A DNA stretch of 64,000 nucleotides, taken from NCBI RefSeq assembly GCF_009914755.1, contig NC_060947.1; one strand, given 5' to 3'. How positions within the stretch are numbered: the first letter of the stretch is position 1; each line of letters opens with the position of its first letter. The stretch comes from the human T2T-CHM13v2.0 reference genome, Homo sapiens. This document shows positions 27,771 through 40,419 of the stretch, piece after piece. A program made the position numbers and the translations under genes. The notes beneath the pieces are model-generated. The model was not told the DNA's origin, searched no databases, and was given only the letters and a program-made list of their open reading frames with translations.

Positions 27771-29779
27771 AAAAATGATCGAGGAGGGACTTAAGTGATA
27801 TCTACAATATTAATTCTCAAATATCTGAATCCCGAAGAACCATAGCTCTAAAAAAATGAGGGAGCCAATTCCAGAGAATATTTACTAGAGAATACCTGCA
27901 AAGTAAATACCAGACATAATAGATTTAACAAAGTTCTGACCCACTCACATAACTCAATGACACAAAATAACAGTATTTAACTTGGAATAATGTTCAAGAC
28001 ACTTTTGATTTTGTTTAGCACAAATCATCTCTTATCTCTAAGGAGAGAAGCACAGATGTCCAGCTTATTAGCATAATAGAAGAATTGCTTCAAGATACAT
28101 ACAACATTGATGATTTTTTAAATTCTATTCAGCCTAGCATATTTTAAATTGGAGTGGGATGAGAGGATTCTTTGCTAGCATTACATTTTTATTTATTTAT
28201 GTTTTACTTCTTAGAATAAAAATTTTCAAACCTACAAAAGAGTAAAAAGCATAATGCAATGAATATCTATATAGATTTCACCTAGATTCACCAATTATTA
28301 ATATTTTACTACCTTCTGTCATTAACATTGAACTTTGTTACAAGGAGAAAACAACAACAAAAAATAAAGATGAATTATGTGGCTATAAAAGCGAATTATG
28401 TGACAATGTCAACAACTCTGGAATATTCTGAAGACACATAATCATCAGTGATCCATGGAAGGGAAGGGCTTTCAGCTTACACATTTTTGAAAACATTCTG
28501 TAAACTGTCAGTTTTAAAAAATACAACCAAGGACATGTGCTGATATCTTCCTCCAGCTCTGTATAGATTCATACACAACTAATGATGTAGCACAGTGGGA
28601 AACAGACAAAATGAACACCAAAAAAACCCACACATACCACAATTATTTATTTATACTCTAGATTGTCCCACAAAGGATTTAAGGTTGTTTCAAAAAGACA
28701 TGCTGTACAAAAGGATACAAATGAACACTTGAGGGGGTTGGTACAAAGGGAGAAAACCACAGATAATATTAGGATTGCAGGGCATAGGGTCTTATATAGT
28801 TGCAACAATATAGTTGCTTGCTTTCTGGTGACTAAAACGGGTCCAGAAGATTAAAAAAGCCAAGTTTTTTCTAGGTGACTGGATTGTTTGGGATGTATAA
28901 ATCCAAGAGCAGTTTCTTCGGTGAGTCCTGAAAGAGAGGATACTATGGGAAGCTGTGGAGGAAGTTTATGATAAGACGGGACCATGAGTTTCATTTGGTT
29001 TCTTCCAACTTACTTAGGCTCAGTCAATGGCCTAGTGCCCAGGTTTCATTTAGTAAAATCAATTCCTTTACTGAATGGTTATTAGGCACTAAATAAAGCA
29101 ATCCAAGTCTCTAGCTCTGATAATCTTGCAATCTGACTCTAAGGTAGCATTTAGAAAATCCAGAGCAGATACACAGACTAGGGTACATGAATGGATTGGG
29201 TTGGGGGCAGAAGGTAGGGGAAGATGGAGAGTTCATGAATTAGGTGCAAAGATTTTTCTTGGCAACATTTATTGTATGTCAAATTAGGTTGAAACATTAT
29301 TATTATGTGGAAACATTCTAACTCTCCAAAGAGGAAGTGTGCAAGAATGCTACCTTACCCAGTCAGGCAACGTATAATTTCTACTGTCTTCATAACAAGT
29401 CAAGTAGAATACTTGAGAGGAATGGAGGAAAACATACCTTGCTATTACAATTATTGCATCTATATTTGCATACAATGGGTATAGCTAAAGTTTACAATTT
29501 TCTAAAGGAAAATATGACAACCTTTATTATATGTTGTGACTTTCATTATTAAATATGATGGGACAAAGAGATCTGGTTCACACGTTCTTCATGATGGTTA
29601 CAGAAAGCCAAAGAAACTTCTAACGCACATTGGTTCTCTCCTTTCTGAAATACCCTGCAGTCTGTGGATCTTTTTCATTAGAAGGTTTAGTCTAAAACTA
29701 TAGACCTTTACTGAAAATTAGATTTACCACAATGCAAAAGCTTTATCTTAAAGTACACTACAATATCAGTTACCATATA

Positions 29780-31200
29780 CATTTATTCATTTGATGAATG
29801 TTTGTGGAATGCCTGTTATGGGCCAGTAACTATTCTAGGCCCTGGGAGTCAGTAGTAGACAAAATAGTCAAGAATACCACCTTATACTCAGGTTAGTGAA
29901 GAAAAACCATAAGCAAATACATGTCTGGTGATAAATGCTGTGAAGAAAAATAAAATGAACTAAAAGAGATGGATTGAGATGAGAAATGGGGGCGCAGCTC
30001 TTTTATATAGCATGATTAAGGAAAGGCTTGCCTATAAGACGCATTTGAGCAGAGACATGAAGGAAGTGAGGGAGCAAGTCTTTTAGATATTTGGAAGAAA
30101 AGTGATGCAACAGAAGGAACAGTAACTTAAAAGTCACCTGTGGCAGGAGCAAGCTTGGTCTGTTCGAGGAATAGCAAGGAGGTAATTGTGGCTCGTGCAG
30201 AAGGAGTAAAGGGTAGAATGGCATGAGCTGAGATCTGGTGGTATGCAGGGACGTGGCCAAGACTTTGATTTTACCCTAAGGGAAATAAGAAGCCTTTAGA
30301 GGGTTTGAACAAGGAAGTGGTATGATCTGACTTGTGTTTTAAGAGGGTCATTCTGGCTTCTGCAAGTGTAATACTAGACTGTAAAGGGCAAAGATGGAAG
30401 CAGGAAAACCAGTTAGGAGGAACCTATAACAATCTACATAACCTAATGGCTTGAACCAGGGTAGTGTTAAATAGTGGTGGAAACATTAAGAAGTGGTCAG
30501 ACCCTGGAAACTTTTTTAAGATAGATATATAGGATGTTAATTTTATGTAAGGTTTGAAAGATAGGAATCAAGCCAAGCTATTTGAAAGAATGGAGTTATC
30601 GTTTAATTACTATGGGGGAAGACTACTGCTGGAGAAGCAGATCTGGGGTTGGGGATGTAGATGGGGACATTTTAAGTTTGAGGTATATCAATTAGGGTTC
30701 CAAAGGGAAACAGATGGTACAGTCAAATTAGGTTAATTTGAGGAGAGGCATAATAATGGAACTATTTATAAATATACAAAGACAGGAAAAGCACAAGAGA
30801 TAGTGCAATAGCCCCAGGCTAAAATATGTTGAACGTTTTACAACCCTAGGCCTGACAGGATAAGGAAACAGACTAGGGCCATGTGGTACTGTGCAAAGGG
30901 CTGAGGAAGGGGCTGAAACCCTTCTGAGGAATGCAGACAGTACTCAGCAATGCTGCTGGGATGGAATCAGGAATAAATACTCCAACCTCATCTCCTCCTT
31001 CCTGTTTGTTCTTCTATTAGTGTTCCCCATTGTCTAAACCCAACAGGAAGTCAGAAAACAAGCCCTTTAATGTAACCCAGAGTTCAGCCTTCCATGGCAC
31101 AGAGCGGAGTAAAGAGGGGTATAGAATATATTGGGAAGGGCAAATGAAAGATATTCAATACATCGAGGAGAAGATGTTGAGTTGGTTAATAGACATGTCT
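29780..31200 (-). mobile_element. L2 (L2a-like) 3' region, interrupted by an ERVL-type LTR at about 30685-31160
   Basis: 'atttattcatttgatgaatgtttgtggaatgcct', 'ataaatgctgtgaagaaaaataaa', 'atttgagcagagacatgaagg'. Confidence 0.75.
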
Positions 31201-31679
31201 TTTCAGGAGAAAGATGCCACACTCAATTTAGGAAGATTTTGAAGCCCTGTGCTCTGGGACTGGTTACATTGATAGGTAACGTTGAGTAGAAGCAGAATTC
31301 AGAAATAGCGTCTCTATCAAATACTATCATTGACTCTATAATTACTGATGTTTCTTGCTATATTAAGAAGTAAGTTATGGGATAATTGGCAGGTATGCTA
31401 CATCCCAAAATTATGCAACTGGACTAAAACTGCCTGTGTTCTGTCCAGGAAGCTTCTAATGATATCACTCAAGAAAATATCTTATTTTGTAAGCCTTTGT
31501 GAAACTTCATTTTTTTTTTTAGTATGCTGACACATTTACAAAATTTCTTTGCCAAAAACAAATACAAACGTTGATGCTCTGTGGGTAGGTGGAATTTATT
31601 CAATGCTTTTGCAACACTTCTGGTTATGTTTCTTGGATTTAGTGGAGCTCCATCCAAAACCCTGACTCATTGCTTTTTG

Positions 31680-33225
31680 TTTTTAAATAAACTGCATTTT
31701 TAGAACAGTTTTAGATTAAAAAAAAAAAACATAAAGATTGTATACAGAGTTCTCATAAACTCTGCACACAATTTCTTCTATTATTAACATCTTCCATTAC
31801 TATGGTACATTTGTCACAATTAATGAATAAATATTGATACATTATTATTAACTGAAGTTCTTACTTGATTCAGATTTCCTTAGTTATTACCTGATGTGGT
31901 TTTTTTCCGTTTTACTTTACCATTTGGGACACCACATTATATTTAATCATCACATCTCCTTAGGCTTCTGTTGGCTACTATGTTTTTTCAGACTTTCTGT
32001 GTTTTTGATACTCTTCACAGTTTAGAGGAGAACTGGTCAAATATTTTGTAGAGTGTATCTTAATTGGGATTTGTCTGATGTTTTTCATGATTAGACTGGG
32101 ACTGTAGGATTTCGAGAAGAAGACCTCACCCATAAAGTGTCAATCTCATCATGTCATACCAAGTGTATATAATATTATCAGCATGACCTATCACTCTTGA
32201 TATTGACCTGGATCACTTGGCTGAGGTATTGTTATATTTCTCCACTGTACATTTACCCTTTTATTTCCCCTTTTCCATACTGCAACTTTGGAAGGAAGTC
32301 AATCAATGTGCACAGTCCACGCTTAAGAAATGGGAAATCATGCTCCACCTCCTTGAGGGCAGAGTATCTACATAATTTATTTGGAATTCTTCTGCACAGA
32401 TTTGTCTATTCTCCCACACTTATATATTTATTCAATGATTTGTTTATAACAGTATGGACTCACAGATATTGATCTTGTACTTTGGGTTATAATCCAATAC
32501 TACTGTATTTCATTGCTTGAATTGCTCCCATTGTGGCCATTGGGAGCTCTTTCAGTTGGCTCCTGTGCCCTATAACATACACTGTGGTTTGATTTTGTTG
32601 TTGTTGTTGCTTAGCACTTCCTTGATTTCTAGCACTACAATATGCTTCAGGCTCATCTTGTATATTTCCTGCCTCAGTCCTAGAATCTGGAATTTCCCCC
32701 AAGAAGCCCCGGGTCCTTTTATTGGAGAATAATATTAGAAAACAAGATCGAGGCACCAGGTGAGCTTGTTGCTACTGGGGTGTTGTTGCTCCTAGGTTCT
32801 CTCGGCTGATAGAGGGAGAAGAGATATGTGTGTATACTAACCCATGCATATACACATATCTATGAATATTTCTGTATGTAACCATATGTATCTATATAAA
32901 CCTAAATATGAGTTCATACTGTTGTCTCTGACTCTAATCTATTACCACATGAATCACTCTAGCCTTTGCCTGATGCTTATCTATGAACTCTCACTCCAGC
33001 AGTGAGATACCTGGCTCCCACTTTCTGTCATTCATTTACTTAATTGTTCAATTCCAGTATACATATATAGCAGTACTAGAATTGTTAATTCACATTTACA
33101 ATTTATCAACAAGAATACAGGCTTATATACAGTTTTGTTTGCCTTTAGTTTTATAGACCGTTTATTTCCAAAGTTACTTTGGTCAACAACCTATTCCCCC
33201 ACTGACTTCATTCATGTCATTTTTA
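31680..33225 (-). mobile_element. Ancient L1 3' UTR (L1MC/MD-like), left part; host of the NANOG retrocopy
   Basis: 'ttaacatcttccattactatggtacatttgtcacaattaatgaat..atattgatacattattattaact' is a diagnostic L1MC-type 3' end; the element resumes after 34972. Confidence 0.8.
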
Positions 33226-33866
33226 ATATTTGTAATACATTCATTTTTTTAAGGAAAAATGGTTGTTTTATTCATTTGTACTTATACCAGCCAAAGTAGT
33301 ACTAATGTCATTATGATGCAGCAAATATAAGACCTCTTTCTACAAATATTAGCATAACCAACAGAATGGGGGCTATAGTAAAACAGAGCCAAAAAGGGCT
33401 GAGGAAATAAATGTAGTATGTTACAGCTTAACCCTTCACCTCAATAGAGTTTTTAAAAAAATAGGTAAAGCCTCCCAAACCCAAAAAACAGGAATATACC
33501 TTCATCACACCAATTTGTACTTTTATTTCTTATTATTGAGGTTAGATTGTAAACCCTAAAGATATCCAAACTAGTATTATATCTACTTATCTATAGCCAG
33601 AGACAGCTTCTATCATGTTGTCCTTAGCAGCCAAGGTTATTAAAATGTCTTTTCTCCAGGAAGATTCAATAGGAATAAAGAAAGAAACCTCTCTGATTAG
33701 GCTCCAGTCATACCCCACCCTCCATCAAATTGACTGGATAGGCATAATGGAAACCAGAACACATGGTTTCCAACCAAGAAAAATCCTATGAGGGAGGGGA
33801 GGCAAGGAGAGGTAGGATTCAGCCAGCGTCCACACTGAAATTGAGTAATATCAATTTCACTCATCT

Positions 33867-34310
33867 TCAGGTATCTTCAGGTTGCATGTTCGTGGAGTAG
33901 TTTAGGAATAAATCTATGGCTTGTGGAGTACTAAAATACGTAGTGGTCTGCTGTATTACATTATGGCTTTCCCCAGCAGTTTCCAAGGCAACCTCCAAGT
34001 CACTGGCAGGAGAATTTGGCTGGAACTGCATGCAGGACTGCAGAGATTCATCTCCACAGTTATAGAAGGGACTGTTCCAGGCCTGATTGTTCCAGGACTG
34101 GGTGCACCAGGAGTGGTTGCTCCAGGAATGGATGTTCCGGGTGTGGTTGCTCCAGGTTGAATTGCTCCAGGTCTGGTTGCTCCACATTGGAAGGTTTCCA
34201 GTCATGTTCACCAGGCATCCCTTGTGGTAGGAAGAGTGGAGGCTGGGGTAGGTAGGTGCTGAGGCCTTCTGAGTCACACCACTACTATTCTTTGGCCAGT
34301 TGTTTTTCTG
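33867..34310 (-). pseudogene. NANOG: NANOG retrocopy 3' half (CD1, Trp-repeat, CD2), in frame after the stop
   Basis: [76 protein letters not shown]; same frame as the 5' ORF (offset 444 nt). Confidence 0.95.
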
Positions 34311-34769
34311 TCACCTCTTAGATTTCATTCTCTGGTTCTGGAACCAGGTCTTAACCTGTTTGTAGCTAAGGTTCAGGATGTTGGAAAGTTCTTGCATCTG
34401 CTGGAGGCTGAGGTATTTCTGTCCGTGAAATCTATCATTGAGTACACACAGCTGGGTGGAACGGAACACAGTTCTGGTCTTCTGTTTCTTGACCAGGACC
34501 TTGTCTTCCTTTTTTGTGGTGCTCTTCTCTGCAGAAGTGGGTTTTTTGCCTTTAGGACTGGTAGAAGAATCAGGGCTGTCCTGGATAAGCAGATCCATGG
34601 CGGAAGGAAGAGGAGAGACAGTCTCTGAGTGAGGCATCTCAGCAGAAGACATTTGCAGGGATGGATAGTTTTCTTCAGGCCCACAAGTCACCGGCGTAGG
34701 TGAAGATTCTTTACAGTTGGATGCTTCAGAACAAGGCAGGCTTTGGGCATAGGTTGGATTCATGATCAT
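34311..34769 (-). pseudogene. NANOG: NANOG retrocopy 5' ORF (152 aa): N-terminal domain plus homeodomain residues 1-58, ended by a premature TGA
   Basis: ..[68 protein letters not shown]; the TGA replaces the Trp153 codon. Confidence 0.95.
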
Positions 34770-35377
34770 GTTATTATTGGGGAATAGGAGGGAAAAAATT
34801 AAGAGCTGGACTGTAAAAAAAAAAGGCTAAGGCAGCTTTAAGACTTTTTTCTGGAAGATCTTAGAGAAATATGACTTCCAGAAGTGAAAGTATCAAGAAG
34901 TTGGGATGAAGTGAGTCACCCCCACAATAACAGGAGGCAACCAGCTCAGTCCAGCCTATATTTGTAATACACTTAGATGATTTTGTCACATTCCTCATTC
35001 CATCCCGAGATGCTCCTAATTCCTAAATGATTGTTTAGTTCGTATACATTAAGTATACAGTTAGTTTGTATACATTGTGTTTAGACATACTGCACAGTGC
35101 CATGTTATTACAATTACAGTATTGTAGAGAATATTTTCACCATCCTAAAACACAAACACGAAAACCTTGTGCATTGTCTTTTGAACCTTACATTCCTTCC
35201 CACAAACCCTGGATACCACTGATGTTTTTATTGTCACTACAGGTTTGTTCTTCCTAGGATGTCATATAATTAGAATACTACAGTAATTTGCCTTTTCATA
35301 CTGGCTTGTTTCACCTAACAATATGTGTTTAAAATTCATCCATGTCTTTTTATGACTTCATAGCTCATTTCTTTTTT

Positions 35378-35574
<197 letters not shown>

Positions 35575-35680
35575 TAATATTCCATTGTATAGATGTCCCC
35601 CAGTTTGTTTATCCATTCTGCTATTGAAGAATTTCTTAGTTGCTTTGAGTTTTTGATAATTATGAATAAAACCGACATAA

Positions 35681-36007
<327 letters not shown>

Positions 36008-39000
36008 TAGACATAGGTTTTCAAATTAATTGGGGAAATTTTTAGGAGCATGATTGTTCCATTGTATGGTAAAATATGTTTAGCTTTGAAAGAAACTGTC
36101 AAACTATTTTCAAAGTGGCTGTACCATTTTGCATTCCTGTCAGCAGTGAATGAGAGTTCCTGTGTCCCACATCCTAGTCAGAATTGGAATTGTCAGTTTT
36201 TTAGATTTTACCATTTCAGTAGGTGTGTAGTGGTATCTCACTGTTGTTTTAATTTGTAATTTCCTGATGACAAATAATGTTGAACATCTTCTTGTATATT
36301 TATTTGCCATTTGCATGTCTTCTTTGATGAGATGTCTGTTCAGATCTATTTTTTTTAAATTAGGTGGATGTTTTAGGTGTTATTTATAAATTTTGGGTAC
36401 AAGTCGTTTATCAGATTTTTTTTTGAAAATATTTTCTCCCAGACCATGGCTTGCCTTTTCATTCTCTAACATAGTCTTTCACAGAGCAAATTTTTTTCAT
36501 TTTAACAAAATCCAACATCAATTTCTTTTTTTTCATAGATCATGCTTTTGGTATTGTATCTAAAAATTCATCATCATCCTAAGGTCACTTATATTTCTTC
36601 CTATGTTTTCTTCTAGGAGTTTTATAGTTTTGCCATTTTCATTTAGGTCTATAATCCATATTGAGTTCATTTTTCTGAAAGGTGTAAGGTCTATGAGTAG
36701 GTTTCTCCCCCCATGGTGGGGACATCCAATTGTTCTGGCACCATTTGTTTAAAACAATATTCTTTCTTCATTAAATTGCCTTTGCTTCTTTGTCAAAAAT
36801 CAACTGACTATATTAATATTGGTCTGTATATGGGCTATCAATTCTGTTCCATTGATCAGTGTGTCTATTCTTTCACTTACACTATGCTTTCTTGATTGTT
36901 GTAGTTTTATATTAAGACTTGAAATCAGGTAGCGAGAGTGTTGCAACTTGTTCTTTTTCTTCATTATCATGTTGGATATTCTAGATCTTTTGCTTTTTAT
37001 ATAAACTTTACAATCAGTTTATAGATATTTCAAAATAATTTGCTAGGAATTTATTGATATTGCATTGCATCTGTGGATCAAGTTGGGAAGAATTTATATT
37101 TTAATAATATTGAGTTTTCCAATCAATAAAAATTAAAATATCTTTCCATTTATTTAGATCTTTTCTTTTATCAGAGTTTTATAATTTTCCACATATAGAT
37201 CCTGTATCTACTTGTTAAATTTGTACCCATTTCAATTTTTGGTGCTATTTTAATTGTTGTTATTTTAATTTCAAATTCCAGTTGTTCTTTGCTGATATAT
37301 AAGAAAGTAATTGACTTTTGGATATTAAGCTTGTATTTCAGGACCATGCTATACCCTCTTGTTAATTGCAGAATGTTAATTCTTTGGAATAATCTGCACA
37401 ATCCAGTCATCTGTGAACAAAAACAGTGTTATTGCTTCCTTCTAAATCTATATACCTTTTTTCTTTTTCTTCCTTCCTTCCTTTCTTTCTTCCCTCTCCC
37501 CCTCCTCCTCTATTTCTTATTCTGTCTTTCATTTTTTGTCTTACCACACAAGTCAGGATTTCCAGTGTGATGTAAAATAGGAGTGGTGAAAGATCACATT
37601 CCCACTTTGTTCTGAATCTTGCATGAAAAGTGTCTACCTTCTTATTATTACATTTGATGTTAGCTGTAGGTTTTTATAGGTATTCTTTTAACCAAGTTGA
37701 AAAAAAATTGCCTCTATTCCTAGTTTGCTAAGTGATATTTGGATTTTGTAAAATAATTTATTTGCATCAATTGACAGAATCATGTGAATTTTCTTCTTTA
37801 GCTCATTGAAATGGTAAAATGCATTCATTTAATTTCAAATGTTTAACAAGTCTTCCATACTTGAAGTAAATCCTACTTGGTCATGGTGTATAATTCTTTT
37901 TATACATTTTTGGGGTTTTTTTTTGCTAATATTTTACTGACAATGTTTAATCTATATTCATAGAAGATATTGGTCTTTAGTTTTTTTTTCTCATAATGTC
38001 CTTTGGAATTAGGTTTTTTTATTAGGGTAATATTGGTTTCATAGAATGATTTTGGAAGTGTAAACTTTGTTTTTATTTTCTGGAGGACATTATGGAGAAT
38101 TGGTATCATTTCTTCTTAAATGTTTAGAGGAATTTACCAGTGAAACTATCTAGGCATGGCTTTTTCTTTTGGGTGGAGATTATTCATTATTGATTCAATG
38201 TCTTCATTAGGGCTATTCAAGTTATTTGTTTCTTCTTGTGTGAGCTTTAGTAGTTTTTGTCTAAGAATTGGTTTATTTCATGTGAATTATCAAGCTTGCG
38301 GGTGCAGAGTTGTTCAGAGTTATTCATAGTACTCCTTTTATTTTCCTTTTAGTATCCACAGGCTCAGTAGTGATGACCTAAATGTATTACTGATATTGGT
38401 AATTACTGTTTTTTTTTCTTTTATTATTGGTCAGCCTGTATAGAAGTTTATAAATTCTATTGATTTTTCTAAGAAACATCTTTTAGGTTTGTTGATATTT
38501 TTCTATTGTTTTCTTGATTTTAGTTTCATTGGTTTCTGCTCTAATTTTTGTTATTTTTTTCTTCTGCAAGATTGCTTGAGGCATACATTTCTCTTCTATC
38601 TCTAATTTTCTAGTATGAAATGTTGTGTTGCTGAGTTTACAGTTTCTTTCTAATATATGCATTTAATGGTATATATGTCCCACTAAGCACTACCTTCACC
38701 ACATTTCATATATTTTGATAAGTATTTTTAAGTTTTCATTTAATTAAAATATTTTTAATTTATCATGAGACTTCTTCTTTGATTTATGTGTTATTTAGAA
38801 GTGTGTGGTTTTATTTCCAAATATTTTGAGGTTACCAGCTCTCCTGTTATTGATTTTTAGTTTAATTCCATTGTGCTTGGAGATATACATTGTATTATAC
38901 CATTTTAAATTTGATAAAGTGTGTTATGTGGTCCAGAATATGCTTTATCTAGGCAAATAGTCCATGTAAGCTTGAGAATGAATGTTCACTTCAATCACTG

Positions 39001-39542
39001 CACTTGGATTGAATGTTCTATAAATGCCAAATCGATCAAATTGATTGATAGTTCTATTCAGCACTATCCTTATTGATCTATCCTTGCTGATTTTTTACTT
39101 TCTTAGTGTATCAATTACTGAAATTGAAGTGTTGAAATTTCCAACTATAATAGTGAACTTTTTCATTTTTCCTTTTAGTACTATCAGTTTTTGCCTCACC
39201 TATTTTGGCACTTAGCTGTTAGGTGCATACACAATAAAGATTGTTATGTCTTCTTGGGAATTTGCCCCTTTATCATGAAATAATGCTTCTCTTTATCCAT
39301 GATAATTTTCCTTGTTCTGAAACTGCTTTGCCTGAGATTAATATAGCTACTCCAGCTTTCATTTTATTAATGTTAATATAACATATTTTTCTTCATCCCT
39401 TTACTTGTAATCTGTTTTATTCATGATGTTATAGCAGATTTTTTGGAAACAATAAACAGTTGGGTCTTTTGTATCCCAACCTCTTTATTTTAATTGATAT
39501 ATTTAGACCATTCATATTTTAAATGATTATTGATATAGTTGG

Positions 39543-39943
39543 TGCAATATGCTAAATATCTGTGTCCCTCCCAAATTTATATGTTGAAATAATAATCCAC
39601 AATGTGATGGGATTAGGAGGTGGGGTGTTTGTGAGATGATAAGATCATGAGGGTGGAGCCCTTATGAATGGAATTAGTGTGCTTATAAAAGGGATCCCAG
39701 AGAGCTCTCTCACCCTCTTTCCACCATGTGGGGGTACAGGAAGACAACAATCTGCAACCCAGAAGAGGGCTCTCACCAGAACCCGACCATGCTAGCACCC
39801 TGATCTCAGACTTCCAGTGTCTCTGGAATAAGTATATGTACATATGTATCCCTTATAAGAGAACCTTGAGAAACAAATTTCTGTTGTTTATAGGCCACCC
39901 AGTCTATGGTACTTTGCTATAGTAGTCTGAACTGACTAAGACA
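39543..39943 (+). mobile_element. MaLR solo LTR (MLT1A0-like)
   Basis: 'gagggtggagcccttatgaatggaattagtg..ccacccagtctatggtactttg..gactaagaca'. Confidence 0.85.
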
Positions 39944-40419
39944 GTGATATTGGCAGTAACTCTCTAGGTTCACTTGTCTCTCTGTGTGGCAGGTGGGCTT
40001 GCGGCCTTAATTCTCTGATTGGTTCGAGACAATTCATTAATTTTCAGTTTGCTGGGCTTTTTTATCATTGTAAGGATGGGAGTAATGACTTAGAGAATCT
40101 TTATATGTTGAGCTAAAACCAGAAATCTGGTTTATTGCTTTTTGTTCTGGCATTCCATCAAATAAAAACCTCACCACTAAGCCAGATGGAAAACTAGTCT
40201 CTGTCTGTGAAAGTCATTAACATCACACACACCAAAGCCTCTAAAGGCTCCATAAACCAAACATTTTAAGAAACCAGTGGTATAGACTAAAGAATAAACC
40301 CATTCTTGAAAGTATTATCTGCATATGATGAGCCAAAGTGGTTTCTGCCTCAAGATAAGTTTTAATCCTTGGACTGAACTGAAGTTCACAAAATGAATTC
40401 ATCCAATGGCTTAGGGCTT

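Larger units (their letters stand above)
33240..34957 (-). pseudogene. NANOG: NANOG processed pseudogene (candidate NANOGP10 or NANOGP9)
   Basis: Intronless NANOG homology: 5' UTR (gctggactgagctggttgcct.. from about 34955), CDS 34769-33867, about 615-nt 3' UTR, AATAAA at 33272-33267, poly(A) remnant at 33244-33250; 14-bp TSD atatttgtaataca at 33226-33239 and 34958-34971. The paralog number is inferred, not shown by the sequence. Confidence 0.97.

Noticed and set aside
34060-34185. Regularly spaced 'gctccagg/gttccagg' repeats resembling a CRISPR-like or novel array
   Set aside because: This is the 15-bp NANOG Trp-repeat; there are no unique spacers and the context is eukaryotic.
34311-34313. 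In-frame UGA as possible selenocysteine
   Set aside because: It replaces a Trp codon by a single G>A change; NANOG is not a selenoprotein and I recognised no SECIS in the 3' UTR (not computed).
33921-34684. Several + strand and alternative-frame ORFs overlapping the NANOG copy
   Set aside because: Shadow ORFs of a former coding sequence and its 15-bp repeat; no independent support.
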